64,000 bases of DNA from Anaeramoeba ignava BMAN (GCA_028826165.1 JAPDFW010000125.1:883370-947369); one strand, 5' to 3'; shown: positions 38,022 to 52,539, counted from the first letter of the stretch. The notes: generated by a model from the sequence alone, not told the origin. Program-made: numbers and translations.

Positions 38022-40401
38022 ATGGCTAGAGGACCAAAAAGACATTTAAAAAGATTAAACGCACCACATAAATGGATGTTGAATAAACTTGGTGGAAGAT
38101 ATGTGTGTTTTACAAATAAAAATCAATATAAATTTAAATTTTAATTTAAATATCAATATAAATTTCAATATAAATTTCAAAATCAATTTCAATATCAATT
38201 TCAAAATCAATATCAATATCAATATCAATATCAATATCAAAATATAATATTAATATCAATTTCAATATCAATTTCAAAATATAATATTAATATCAATTTC
38301 AAAATATAATATTAATATCAATTTCAAAATATAATATTAATATCAATTTCAAAATATAATATTAATATCAATTTCAAAACAAATTAATATAATTATAAAT
38401 ATAAATTTCAAAATCAATTTCAATATAAATTTCAAAATCAATTTCAATATCAATTTCAAAACAAATTAATATAATTATAAATATAAATATAAATATAAAT
38501 ATAAATATAATTATAAATATAAATCTCAAAATCAATTTCAATATCAATTTCAATATCAATTTCAATATCAATTTCAATATCAATTTCAATATCAATTTCA
38601 AAATAAATTTCAATATCAATATCAATTTCAAAATCAATTTCAATATCAATATCAATATCAATATAAATATCAATTTCAATATCAATATCAATTTCAATAT
38701 CAATATCAAAATATAATATAAATATCAATATCAATTTCAATATCAATTTCAAAATATAAAATCAATTTCAAAATCAATTTCAAAATATAATATAAATATC
38801 AATTTCAATATCAATTTCAAAATATAATATTAATATCAATTTCAAAATATAATATTAATATCAATTTCAAAACAAATTAATATAATTATAAATATAAATT
38901 TCAAAATCAATTTCAATATCAATTTCAAAATCAATTTCAAAATCAATTTCAATATCAATTTCAATATAAATTTCAATATCAATATCAATTTCAAAATCAA
39001 TTTCAATATCAATATCAATATCAATATAAATATCAATTTCAATATCAATATCAATTTCAATATCAATATCAAAATATAATATAAATATCAATATCAATTT
39101 CAATATCAATTTCAATATCAATTAATTTCAAAATAAATTTCAAAATAAATTTCAATATAAATATCAATATCAATTTCAATATCAATATCAATATCAATTT
39201 CAATATCAATTTCAATATTAATTTCAATATAAATTTCAATATCAATTTCAAAAATATAAATATAAATATAAATTTCAATATCAATTTCAAAATATAATAT
39301 TAATATCAATATCAATTTCAATATCAATATCAATTTCAATATCAATTTCAATATAAAATATAAATATTAATATAAATATAAATATAAATATAAATATAAA
39401 TATAAATATAAATATAAATATAAATATAAATATAAATATAAATATAAATATAAATATAATTATAAATATAAATATAAATATAAATATAAATCTAAAAATA
39501 AATATAAATATAAATTTAATTAAATTTAATTAATTATCTTTTTTATTAGGCTCCAAGACCTTCAACAGGTCCACATAAATTAAGAGAATCTTTACCTTTA
39601 ATTATTCTTCTTAGAAACAAACTCAAATATGCATTAACAAGTCGAGAAGTTATGCTGATTCTCAAACAAAGACTTGTCAAAGTTGATGGAAAAGTTAGAA
39701 CAGATTCAAATTATCCAGCAGGATTTATGGGTTAGTTTTGAATTTTAATTTTTTAAATTAAAAATTTATTTATTTATTCATTTTAATTTTTAAAAATATA
39801 GATGTTATTTCAATTGAAAAAACAAATGAACATTATCGTTTATTATATGATACAAAAGGACGTTTTTTCATTCATTCAATTCCACAAAAAGAAACAAAAG
39901 TAAAAAATATTTATTTTAAATATTTAAATTTATTTTATTTAATTTTAAATATTTATATTTTATTAGTTCAAACTTTGCAAAGTTAAAAAAATCCAACTTG
40001 GACAAAAAGGAATTCCATTCCTTATTACAAATGATGGAAGAACAATTAGATATCCAGATCCACTTATTAAAGCTAATGATACAATTAAACTTGACGTTAC
40101 AACAGGCAAAATTACAAATTTCTGCAAATTTGATATTGGAAATTTAGTAATGGTCACAGGAGGAAGAAACACAGGCAGAATGGGAGTAATTACAAAAAGA
40201 GAAAAACATCAAGGATCATTCGATATTGTTCATATTAAAGATGCTAAAGGTCATGACTTCGTTACTAGAGCTACTAATGTCTTTGTTATTGCTAAAGGAA
40301 AAAAACCTCTTATTTCAATCCCTAAAGATTTTGGAGTTAAATTATCCATCATAGAAGAAAGAGATAAAAGACTGGAAAAATCTCAAAAGAAGAAAAAATA
40401 A
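38022..40401 (+). CDS. RPS4: 40S ribosomal protein S4 (eS4)
   Basis: [20 protein letters not shown]...[17 protein letters not shown]...[17 protein letters not shown]...[12 protein letters not shown]; 3 introns. Confidence 0.97.
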
Positions 40402-40647
40402 TCAGTTTTTCACTTTTTAATTCAGTTTCTAATTTCATTCCTCTTTTTTTTTGCAATTTTTTTTTTTCTTCTTTTTCTTTCGTTTTTAAAATTCAAAATT
40501 CAAATTTTAAATTTCAAATTCAATTCAAAACAAAAAGAAAAACAAAAAAATTTTTTTTTCTCTTCATAAAAATAAAACAAAATCAATTTAAACTTTAATC
40601 AAAAATATTTTATAATTTTTAATTTAATTTTTAATTTTTATATTATT

Positions 40648-40748
40648 TTTCAGTTCAGATACTATGACCAATGCCTCATAGAAAAAAATTTAACACATTA
40701 AAACAAGTGTCTTCCTTTCATCAGTTTGGTCTATCATCATAACTGAAA
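40648..40748 (-). ncRNA. Candidate box C/D snoRNA
   Basis: The minus strand reads TTTCAGT-T-ATGATGA (C box) ... CTGATGA (D'/C'-like) ... CTGA (D box)-ACTGAAA. It has a 7-bp terminal stem, is about 100 nt long, and forms a GC island in an AT-only intergenic region. Confidence 0.7.
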
Positions 40749-40927
40749 TTTTTATTTTTTAAATAAAATGAAAAATGAAAAAATAAAAAAATAAAAAAAT
40801 AATTTTTTTTTCTCCTTTTATTTTTTTTCTCCTTTTTAATTTAAAAATAAAAATAAATTTTTTTTTCTCTTTTTTTTTTTCATTTTTATTTTTTTTTTTT
40901 ATTTTATTTTTATTCATTTATTGAAAA

Positions 40928-41843
40928 ATGACCACGTCAACTCATTTAAATTTTGGAAACAATCCAGAAATATCAAGTTATTTACAACAAATGATTTTTC
41001 CAACAACACCACTTAATAACAATTTATCTGATCTCAAAAACAATACAAGAAGAAACATGCCCCCAACAAAACAAGTTTCACATTCACATTCAAATTCAAA
41101 TTCAGCAATTGTCAATGCCTTATCACAAATGAAAGACACTGGCAGGTCACATAAAGTAACAAATCCACAAGTTTCATTGGCATTGACAGAACCAGTAGCA
41201 ATTCCAGTTAATATGGCAGTGACATTACCAGTACAACAAGTTTCTTCAAGATTTGGAACAGTTAATTTTCCAGTTGTTCCAAATAATGTTTCACCACAAA
41301 ATCCACAAAAAGAAAGATATAAAACGGAAATGTGTCGTTCTTGGGAAGAAACTGGTACTTGTAGATATGGTTCTAAATGTCAGTTTGCACATGGTTATCA
41401 TGAATTAAGGTAAAAAATTTTAAAAAAAAAAAAAGGAAAAAAAAAATTTAATTAAAAAAAAAGGGGATAAATAAAAAAAAAACACGAATTCTTTTGTTTT
41501 AAAAATAAATTACATTGACATTAACAATAAAAATACCTTTTTATTTTAACAACAACTTTAAACAAAAAAAACAACAATTCTCAATTTATTTTTTTATTAA
41601 TTTTTTTATTTAATTTTTTTATTTAATTTTTTTAGACCAATTCTAAGACATCCAAGATATAAAACTCAAGTCTGTAAATCTTTTCATGAAAATGGTTTTT
41701 GTCCTTATGGAAAAAGATGTAGATTTATTCACAGTTTTATTGGTTCTCTTCCTTTTTCTTCTCAACAACCTCAATTTCAAGAAATCAAAGATGATTCAAT
41801 TAAAAGATTACCAGTTTTCGAAAAACTTGCTCAATCTAATTAA
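40928..41843 (+). CDS. Tristetraprolin/ZFP36-family tandem CCCH zinc-finger protein (2 exons)
   Basis: [27 protein letters not shown]...[29 protein letters not shown]. The C-terminal [10 protein letters not shown] resembles the CNOT1-binding motif. Confidence 0.92.
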
Positions 41844-42243
41844 AAATTTCTAAATGAATTTGAAATGAATTCGAAACAAAATTCCAAAAAAATTCCTTTT
41901 ATTTTTTTCTTTTCTTTTTTTTCATTATTGTTTATATTATTTTTTTTTTCTTTTTAAATTTGTTTTTTTTGCTTTTTTTTTTGCTTTTGATTGGTTTAAT
42001 AAGAAAAGGAAAGAGTAATATTTGAAAATTTAACACAATTCCAAAAAAAACAAAACAAAACAATTTCTAATAACATCAAAAGCAAAAGAACAACAAATTT
42101 TTTTTTTTGAAACAAAAACATATTTTAAAAAAAAAAGTAATTCTAAATAAATTACCAAAAAAATTTCAAAAAAAAAATTTATTATTTAAAAAATTCAAAA
42201 TTAAAAATTCATTTTTTTTTTCTTTTAAAATTCAAAATTAAAA

Positions 42244-45200
42244 ATGGATTTAACTCAACAAATTCAAGAAGAAGCAGATAATATTACAAAATATATGGGT
42301 TATAATAATAAAAAAATTTCAAATGAACCATTATCAATAGAAAAATATATGGCTTGTTTAAAAATACAACAAGATACTGTTATTTATGATAATATATTAA
42401 CATATAATATTGCAGAAACCTCTTCACAAGCTTATGAAGAAAGTTATTCTTCACTTTTTAAATGGGTTTCTAAAGCCACTGATAAAATTAAAGTGGAGAA
42501 AATAAAAAATTTTAATTTTCAAAATGAATTTTAATTTTAATTTTCAAAATGAATTTTAATTTATTTAGGTTGAATTGGAATTATTATTATATCCCATTTT
42601 TATTCATTGTTTTCTTGATTTAATGGAGAATGAAAATTTTATAGAAGGTTTTAATTTATTTTTAATATTAATTTTTTAATCAAAACAAAATTCATTTCAA
42701 ATTTTTTATTTTAAATCTTTTTAGCTCAAAATTTCTTTACAAAACATCAAATATTTCATCAAAAAATACATGGAAAAGAATTAAAAGAAATTTATTCTAA
42801 TTCTAATTCTGATCCTTCAGAAATTCAAAAACGTTTTAGAACACAAAAATATAAAGTTTTAATATCACTTGTTTCTTTTGAACTTTTTGTATCTTTTTTA
42901 CAAAAAAAGAGATTTATGTTATTATTAAAAATTGCTAAATTATATTTAAACATTACAAGTAAATCTAAAATAATAAATTAAATATAAATAAAAATATAAA
43001 TTAAATATAAATTAAATATAAATTAAATTATAAATAAAATTATAAATAAAATTATAAATAAAATTATAAATAAAATTATAAACTAAATTATAAATTAAAT
43101 TATAAATTAAATTATAAAATAAAATATAAATTAAATTATAAATAAAATTATAAATAAAATTATAAATAAAATTATAAATTAAATTATAAATAAAATTATA
43201 AATTAAATTATAAATAAAATTATAAATAAAATTATAAAATAAATTATAAATTAAATTATAAATAAATTATAAATAAAATTATAAATATAATTATAAATTA
43301 AAATATAAATAAAATTATAAATAAAATTATAAATAAAATTATAAATAAAATTATTTTTAGTTGTTGATATTCATTGGACAGATTCTCCTCTTGAAAAATC
43401 AATAATTGATTATGAATCACCAGAATTATTTCAAAAATGGTTAACAGAGATTGAAGATCCGCCATTATTTGAATTATTAAATTTTCATGAAAGAAAATTT
43501 CCTTTAGAAAAGCTTAATGAGTAAAACAAATTCAATTCAAAAAATTTAATTCAAAAAATTTAATTCAAAAAATTTAATTCAAAAAATTTAATTCAAAAAA
43601 TTCAATTCAAAAAATTTAATTCAAACAATTTAATTCAAAAAATTTAATTCAAACAATTTAATTCAAAAATTTAATTCAAAAAATTTAATTCAAAAAATTT
43701 AATTCAAACAATTTAATTCAAACAATTTAATTCAAACAATTTAATTCAAACAATTTAATTCAAAAAATTTAATTCAAAAAATTTAATTCAAACAATTTAT
43801 TTCAAACAATTTAATTCAAACAATTTAAATCAAAAAATTTAAATCAAAAAATTTAATTCAAAAAATTTAATTCAAACAATTTAATTCAAACAACTTAATT
43901 CAAAAAATTTAAGTATTGCCCAAAAATTTGAAAAAATTTCGGAAAGAATTTCTCTTTTGAATAAAAATTTCCCATCAGTTTTCTTTTCCTCACTTCCAAA
44001 TTTTCAGAACAAAATTAGTTGTGCTCAAATGGCTCCAAATCAAACTTGTATTGTTGCTGGTTTTTCTGATTCAACTATTAAAACTTGGAAACTTTCTGAA
44101 GATCCTTATCTTTTTTATCTTAAAAAGAATAAAAATCAAAATAAAAATCAAAATCAAAATAATATTAAGAATAAAAATGAAGAAAAATCTGAAGTAAAAG
44201 AATCAATTGAAATTGAAGCAGAAGTTGAAGATGTTCCAAAAATGGAAATTGAAGAAAATAGTAATTTATTTTAATTTAAATTGATTTATATTAAAATTTA
44301 TTTTGATTGAATTTTATTTGATTTAGTATATGAAGAAACACCATCATTTACTATGGTTGGTCATCATGGTCCTGTTCATGCTATTCGTTTTAGTGAAAAT
44401 AGTGAATTAATTTTGAGTTGTTCACAAGATAAAAGCGGTAAATTAATTTAATTAAATTGAAGAAAAGGAATTAATTAAATTTAAAGAAAAGGATTTAATT
44501 AAATTAAATTGAAAGAAAAAGATTTAATTTAATTTAAAGAAAAGGATTTAATTAAATTAAATTGAAAGAAAAGGATTTAATTTAATTTAATTTAATTGAA
44601 AGAAAAAGATTTAATTTAATTTAATTGAAGAAAAGAATTTAATTTAATTTAATTAAAGAAAAGGATTTAAATTAATTTAATTTAATTTAATTTAATTGAA
44701 GAAAAAGATTTAAATTAATTTAATTTAATTTAATTGAAGAAAAGAATTTAATTTAATTTAATTAAAGAAAAGGATTTAATTTAAAGAAAAAGATTTAATT
44801 TAATTTAATTTAATTTAATTTAAATTAATTGAATTGAAGAAAAAGATTTAATTTAATTTAAATTAATTTAGAGAAAAGAATTTAATTTAAATTAATTTAA
44901 TTGAAGAAAAAGATTTAATTTAATTTAAATTAATTTAATTGAAGAAAAGGATTTAATTTAATTTGGAGAAAAGGATTTAATTTAATTTAATTGAAGAAAA
45001 GGATTTAATTTAATTGAAAGAAAAAGATTTAATTTAGTTTAATTTAAAGAAAAAGATTTAATTTAATTTAATTTAATTGAATTGAAGGAAAAAATGTTAA
45101 TTTTAATTTCAAATTTAATTATTTAGTTCGTTTATGGAAATATGGAGAAAAAACAAATCTTGCTGTTTATAAAGGACATCATTATGCAGTTTGGGATGTT

Positions 45201-46085
45201 CAATTTTCACCTTTAGGATATTATTTTGCAACAGGATCTTTTGATAAAACAGCACGATTATGGGCAACTGATAGAACTTTTCCAATTAGAGTATTTGTAG
45301 GACATTTAGCAGATGTTGATGTATGAAAATGAACTTAAAATTAAAATTAAAATTAAAATTAAAATTAAAATTAAAATTAAAATTAAAAATTAAAATTAAA
45401 ATTAAAATTAAAATTAAAATTAAAATTAAAATTAAAATTAAAATTAAAATTAAAATTAAAATTAAAATTAAAATTAAAATTAAAATTAAAATTAAAATTA
45501 TTATTAAAATTAAAATTAAAATTATTATTGAAATCAAAATTAAAATTAAAATTGAAATTAAAATTAAAATTAAATTGATTTCAAAAAAATAAAAAGTGTG
45601 TTACTTTCCATCCTAATTGCAATTACATAGCATCAGGATCGTCAGATTGTTCTATAAGAATATGGGACATTCAGAGTTCTAATTGTGTTCGTATTCTTAA
45701 CAACGAACATAAAGTAGGTGTTACATCAGTAGCATTTTCACCACAAGGAAATTTCTTAGCAAGTGGAGATGAGAATGGAGAAGTTGTAGTATGGGATATT
45801 GGTCAAGGAGAAGCAGTTTACAAATTTGGGAGCAAAAAACCAATAATTTCAAATTCGCTACAAATTGGTTCAAAAAAGCAGGCAATTTGGTCGTTACAAT
45901 TCAGTCCATTTGACGGCAATATTTTGGTTGCTGGAACTCAAGATTCTTCAATCCGTTTTTTTGATCTTTCTTCATATATTAGTGACCCTTCTCATGATTT
46001 GTCTACTCCTAATAATTCTCTTGTTCATGTTGGTTTTTCTAGTAGAGAAATACTTAGAGCTGTTGGAATAAGAAATGTTGATTAA
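42244..46085 (+). CDS. TAF5: TFIID subunit 5 (NTD2 + WD40)
   Basis: NTD2: YEESYSSLFKWV...ELELLLYPIFIHCFLDL. WD40s: GHHGPVH, YKGHHYAVWDVQFSPLGYYFATGSFDKTARLW and [28 protein letters not shown]. Confidence 0.9.
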
Positions 46086-46139
46086 TTCTAAAAAAATTGA
46101 ACAAACTTGATCAGAATTTTTTTTGACATTTTTTTTTAA

Positions 46140-46895
46140 ATAAATTTTATATCAATTTTAAATAAATTTTATATCAATTTTATATCAATTTTATATTAAT
46201 TTTATATCAATTTTAAATCAATTTTATATCAATTTTATATCAATTTTAAATCAATTTTAATTCAATTTTAAATCAATTTTATATCAATTTTAAATCAATT
46301 TTATATCAATTTTATATCAATTTTAAATCAATTTTAAATAAATTTTATATCAATTTTAAATCAATTTTATATAAATTTTAAATAAATTTTAAATCAATTT
46401 TATATCAATTTTAAATAAATTTTTAATCAATTTTTAATCAATTTTTAATCAATTTTAAATCAATTTTAAATCAATTTTAAATCAATTTTATATCAATTTT
46501 AAATCAATTTTTAAATAAATTTTAAATCAATTTTATATTAATTTTAAATCAATTTTATATTAATTTTAAATCAATTTTAAATCAATTTTAAATCAATTTC
46601 AAATCAATTTTATATCAATTTTAAATCAATTTTATATCAATTTTATATCAATTTTAAATCAATTTTAAATAAATTTTATATCAATTTTAAATCAATTTTA
46701 TATAAATTTTAAATAAATTTTAAATCAATTTTATATCAATTTTAAATAAATTTTTAATCAATTTTTAATCAATTTTAAATCAATTTTAAATCAATTTTAT
46801 ATCAATTTTAAATCAATTTTAAATAAATTTTATATCAATTTTAAATCAATTTTAAATAAATTTTAAATCAATTTTAAATTAATTTTAAATAAATT
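46140..46895. repeat. Intergenic 11-bp repeat (ATCAATTTTAA/T)n
   Basis: Directly visible tandem array. Confidence 0.85.
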
Positions 46896-46943
46896 TTTTT
46901 CATTTTTTTTTTCATTTTTTTTTTTTTGTTTGTTTATTTTTTA

Positions 46944-49446
46944 ATGGAAATTGATCCAATTAATTTAAGAAAACGTTATGAAGAAATTATTAAAAAAGGA
47001 AACGAAGATGAAAAAAATATTGAAAATTATATTTCTGAGTTAAGAAAACTTGTACTTTTACATGGTTTACCAGATGAGAATGAAGTAAACAAATTTTAAA
47101 AGGAAATTTAACGAAAATTTTAAAAACAGATGGAAAAAAACAAATTTACAATCGATTTTACAAAGATTTACAAAGAATTTTTACACAAATTTATTAACAA
47201 ATATACTAACAAATTTATTAACAAATTTATTAACAAATTTATTAACAAATATATTAACAAATATATTAACAAATATATTAACAAATATATAATTAAATAT
47301 ATTAACAAATATATTAACAAATATATTAACAAATTTATTAACAAATATATTAACAAATTTATTAACAAATATATTAACAAATATATTAACAAATATATTA
47401 ACAAATATATTAATAAATATATAATTAAATATATTAATAAATATATTAACAAATATATAATTAAATATATAATTAAATATATAATTAAATATATAATTAA
47501 ATTTATAATTAAATATATTAACAAATATATTAACAAATATATTAACAAATATATTAATAAATATATTAACAAATATATTAATAAATATATTAACAAATAT
47601 ATTAACAAATATATTAACAAATATATTAACAAATATATTAACAAATATATTAACAAATTTATAATTCAAATTATAATTAAATTTATAATTCAATTTATAA
47701 TTAAATTTATAATTAAATTTATGATTAAATTTATAATTAAATTTATGATTAAATTTATAATTAAATTTATGATTAAATTTATAATTAAATATATGATTAA
47801 ATTTATAATTAAATATATAATTAAATTTATAATTAAATATATAATTAAATTTATAATTAAATTTATAATTAAATTTATAATTAAATTTATGATTAAATTT
47901 ATAATTAAATTTATGATTAAATTTATAATTTTATTAGGAAGATGAAAATAATATGAAAGATGGAAGTGGTTGTACTTTAAGAGGTTTAATTTGGAAAATA
48001 TTTTTACAAGTTGATAATATAAATGCAAAAGAATATATATCATTAATTGAAAAAGGAAGATGTGAAAAAAGATTATTTTGGAAAATTAAAGATGATACAT
48101 GTAGAACATTTAAGAATGATGAAATATTTCATAAAAGAGTACCAGAAGAACAATTAGTGAGATTATTGAATACATTTTTAAATAAATGTGGTAAAGGAAT
48201 GAACAAAGGAATAATAATTAAAACTTTTTCTAAAATATTAATTTCAAAATATTTAATTTATTTCAATATATTTAATTTATTCCAATATATTTATTTTATT
48301 TCAATATATTTAATTAATTTCAATATATTTAATTTATTTCAAAATATTTAATTTATTCCAATATATTTATTTTATTTCAAAATATTTAATTTATTTCAAT
48401 ATATTTAATTTATTCCAATATATTTAATTAATTTCAATATATTTATTTCAATATATTTAATTTGTTTCAATTTATTTAATTTATTTCAATTTATTTAATT
48501 TATTTCAAAATATTTAATTTATTTCCAATATATTTAATTTATTTCAAAATATTTAATTTATTCCAATATATTTAATTTATTTCAATATATTTATTTCAAA
48601 ATATTTAATTTATTCCAATTTATTTAATTTATTTCAATATATTTAATTTATTCCAATATATTTAATTTATTTCAAAATATTTAATTTATTTCAATATATT
48701 TAATTTATTTCAAAATATTTGATTAATTTCAATATATTTAATTTATTTCAAAATATTTAATTCATTTCAAAATATTTATTTTATTTCAAAATATTTAATT
48801 TATTTCAAAATATTTGATTAATTTCAAAATATTTAATTTATTTCAAAACAAAGAAAATCAAAATAAAACATCGGAATTAAAGCTAACTTATGTCCAAGGA
48901 ATGAATCTTTTATGTGGAGCACTATTATACACGATGCCTGAAATAGATGCGTTTTATGCATTTGATAAATTAATCAGCGATCACTGCCCACTTTATGCAG
49001 TGAGTCAAATAAAAGGAGTTTATCAAGGAATTTATCTTTTTGATCAAATAGTAAAAATAGTTGATCCAGAACTTCATACATTTTTTCAACAAACACCAGA
49101 TTACAATAAAATCTACTTTTTTTCACCAATTATGAGCTTTAGTGCTGGAACTCCTCCTTTTACTGAACTTCTTCATCTTTGGGATTTCATGTTTGCTTTT
49201 GGTGTTCATCTTAATGTTGTTTTTGTTGTTGCTCAAGTTATTCTTTTAAGAGATGAAATATTGAAATCCAAAAATTTAAATGATATTCTTCATACACTTC
49301 CAAAATTAAATGCAAAATTAATCATTTCCATTTCAATTTATTTGATAAAACAACTTCCTGATGAATTGTATGAACAACTTGTTCAACATTCAACAACAAT
49401 ATTAGATCAACAATTATCTTTTTCAGAGACATCAAAAGAAAATTGA
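46944..49446 (+). CDS. BUB2: Bub2/Cdc16-like TBC GAP (MEN/SIN-type)
   Basis: Motifs ELRKLVLLHGLP, LRGLIWKIFL, KIKDDTCRTFKND..F..RVPEEQLVRLLN, YVQGMNLL and TPPFTELLHLWDFMFAFGVHLNV..VAQ. Two repeat-filled introns. Confidence 0.82.
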
Positions 49447-50800
49447 TTAAAATAATAATAATAAAATTAAATAAAATATTAATAATAAAATTAAATAAAA
49501 TAATAATAATAAAATTGATTAAAATAATAATAAAATTGATTAAAAAAATAATAATAAAATTGAATAAAATAATAATAATAAAATTGATTAAAATAATAAT
49601 AAAATTGATTAAAAATAATAATAAAATTAATTAAAATAATAATAATAAAATTAATTAAATAAAATAATAATAATAAAATAATAATAAAATTGATTAAAAT
49701 AATAATAATAAAATTAAATAAAATAATAATAATAAAAATTAATTAAATAAAATAATAATAAAAATTAAATAAAAATAATAATAATAAAATTGATTAAAAT
49801 AATAATAATAAAATTGATTAAAATAATAATAATAAAATTAAATAAAATAATAATAAAAATTAATTAAAATATTAATAATAAAATTAAATAAAATAATAAT
49901 AAAATTAAATAAAAATATTAATAATAAAATTGATTAAAATAATAATAATAAAATTGATTTTTTTTAAAAGAGAAAATGAATTAAAAATGATAATAAAATT
50001 AAATAAAATAATAATAATAAAATTAATTAAAATAATATTAATAAAATTGATTAAAAATAATAATAATAAAATTAAATAAAATATTAATAATAAAATTGAT
50101 TAAAAATAATAATAATGAAATTGATTAAAATAATAATAAAAATTAAATAAAATAATAATAATAAAATTAAATAAAATAATAATAATAAAATTAATTAAAA
50201 TAATAATAAAATTAATTAAAATAATATTAATAAAATTAATTAAAATAATAATAATAAAATTAAATAAAATATTAATAATAAAATTGATTAAAATAATAAT
50301 AATAAAATTAATTAAAATATTAATAACAATATTGATTAAAATAATAATAAAATTGATTAAAATAATAATAAAAATATTGATTAAAATATTAATAATAATA
50401 TTGATTAAAATAATAATAATAAAATTAAATAAAATAATAATAATAAAATTGAATAAAATAATAATAATAAAATTGATTAAAATAATAATAATAAAATTAA
50501 ATAAAATAATAATAATAAATAAAATTGATTAAAATAATAATAAAATTGATTAAAAAAATAATAAAATTAAATAAAATAATAATAATAATAAAATTGATTA
50601 AAATAATAATAACAAAATTAAATAAAATAATAATAATAAAATTAATTAAAATAATAATAATAAAATTGATTAAAATAATAATAATAAAATTAAATAAAAT
50701 AATAATAATAAAATTAAATAAAATAATAATAATAAAATTGATTAAAATAATAATAATAAGATTAATTAAAATAATAATAATAATAAAATTGATTTTTTTT
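49447..50800. repeat. Intergenic AT repeat (about AAAATTGATTAAAATAATAAT)n
   Basis: Tandem array between convergent genes. Confidence 0.85.
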
Positions 50801-51095
50801 AAAAGAGAAAATGAATTAAAATGAATTGAAATGAAAAATTGATTTTCATTGAAAAGTTTTTGTTTTGAAAAAAGAAAAAGAAAAAGAAAAAGAAAAAGAA
50901 AATCAATTTTGTTTTGAATTTTGGTTTGAATTTTGTTTGAATTTTGTTTTGAATTGTGTTTGAATTGTTTTGAATTTTGGTTTGAATTTTGGTTTGAATT
51001 GTGTTTGAATTTGGTTTGAATTGTGTTTGAATTTTGTTTTGAATTTTGTTTTGAATTTTGTTTTGAATTGTTTTGGAAATTTTAAATGGAAATTT

Positions 51096-52364
51096 TTAAT
51101 CCCAATCATCATCAGTCTCAGATTCACTTTCAGATTCAGAAAACTGAACAGCAGCTCGAATACTCATAGTTTTCATCAAGATCTCAGCAACACTCAAACT
51201 TTGAACATCTTGAACATCGAGAGCTTTTTCAGCAAGTTGACGTTTAGAAGCATCACGAAGAGTTTTACCCGCACGAATCTGCTGCATTAAATTAGATCTA
51301 CCATCATCCTTTTTCTCGACAGGTTGAACATGCCTAAGATTAGCAGAATTAAGCATACCAGAGAGATTAGGAGGGCCAGAGATAGGGGGAGGTGGACCAG
51401 AAAGAGGGGGAGGTGGCCCTAATTTTGGTGGTGGTGGTCCTCCAGTTGGCGGTGGTGGCCCTCCTGTTGGTGGTGGAGGCCCGCCTGTTGGTGGTGGTGG
51501 TCCGCCTGTTGGTGGTGGTGGTCCTCCTGTTGGCGGTGGTGGCCCGCGTGTTGGTAATGGCGGTCCGCGCTTCGGCAGATCCGGTATCTCAGGTAACCCG
51601 TCAATGACAGGCGGTGGCAGTGACGTTATTTGCATCTCCACTTGGGTCGATTTAGGGACATTTTGTTGATGTGACGTTTTTGGTGATGCTACATATGATG
51701 TGTCAAATTCTGCCCCCATTGCGTGCACGGTCTTTTTCTGGATCTTCTTGACAGACTTCTTCTGTGTGTTCCGTGATGTCCGTGTTTTGTGCTTCCGTGT
51801 TTGTCGCCGTTGTTTTTGTTCTTCAATTCGTTTCTTCTGCTTCTCAATTTGAACCGCAACCCATTTCTCAAAGAAGAAACCGGGGCTCGAATAATGTTTT
51901 AATGTCGAACCGTTTTTTAATCCGGCAAGTTGATCAATTGCGGAAAAATCTGGAACTTTTTGACATTGTTCAAATCTAACTGAAAGTGTTTGCGGAATTT
52001 CTGCATGTTTGAAAAGTTGGTAATCTTCTCCAAGATTTGCTTTGTATTCTGCCTTCGGATTGTTACAGAAACTCAATGGATCCGTTTCGTTCATTTTTTC
52101 TTCAACTCGTGGTAACCGTTCATCAAGAACTACAGTTGCTCTTGCACTTAATTTTTGGATCTTTGTTGTCATTTCTTGTGATACTGATACTAATTCGGAA
52201 AATATTGAATGTGAATATGTTGCTAGATCGCGAAGTTGTAATAGTAATCCTGTTAGAAATGATTGGGAACGATCGCGAACTACATCAATTACTGTTTCCG
52301 TTGGTGATTTAAGTGGTGGTGCTTGTTTACCATATCCTTTAATTGTGTGTTTAATTAAAACCAT
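51096..52364 (-). CDS. SCAR/WAVE Arp2/3 activator (intronless)
   Basis: N-terminal SHD (FLTGLLLQLRDLATYSHSIFSEL; LKHYSSPGFFFEKW), a basic region, GGPPPPT repeats, WH2 GRSNLMQQIRAGKTLR, central helix VAEIL and acidic tail ETDDDWD*. Confidence 0.92.
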   Translation of the reverse strand: MVLIKHTIKGYGKQAPPLKSPTETVIDVVRDRSQSFLTGLLLQLRDLATYSHSIFSELVSVSQEMTTKIQKLSARATVVLDERLPRVEEKMNETDPLSFCNNPKAEYKANLGEDYQLFKHAEIPQTLSVRFEQCQKVPDFSAIDQLAGLKNGSTLKHYSSPGFFFEKWVAVQIEKQKKRIEEQKQRRQTRKHKTRTSRNTQKKSVKKIQKKTVHAMGAEFDTSYVASPKTSHQQNVPKSTQVEMQITSLPPPVIDGLPEIPDLPKRGPPLPTRGPPPPTGGPPPPTGGPPPPTGGPPPPTGGPPPPTGGPPPPKLGPPPPLSGPPPPISGPPNLSGMLNSANLRHVQPVEKKDDGRSNLMQQIRAGKTLRDASKRQLAEKALDVQDVQSLSVAEILMKTMSIRAAVQFSESESESETDDDWD

Positions 52365-52539
52365 TTTGAAAAAGCAAAAAAAAAAACAAATTAAAACAAA
52401 TGAAAAATGAAAATGAAAAATGAAAAAAAAATTTTATTTTAATTTTTTATTCTTGCCCATTTAAAGAAAAAAAAAATTTATTAAACTCTTTTTTTTAAGT
52501 TTAAAAAAAATTTTTTCTTCTTTCTTTTTTTTAATTTTT

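Noticed and set aside
40695-40730. CTGATGA...GAA as a hammerhead ribozyme core
   Set aside because: No stem II closed by GAAA and no stems I/III were found. The box C/D layout fits better.
44439-45126. A strict rule that introns contain no internal AG
   Set aside because: This TAF5 intron repeat (GAAGAAAAG) has many AGs, so the depletion is only a tendency.
47130-48043. INKY/IIKF-repeat ORFs (also the LILI/KIKI ORFs at 744, 7349, 12065, 38055-39351, 45286, 49443-50824 and 54446-55974)
   Set aside because: They are translations of intronic or intergenic microsatellites with unit lengths divisible by 3.
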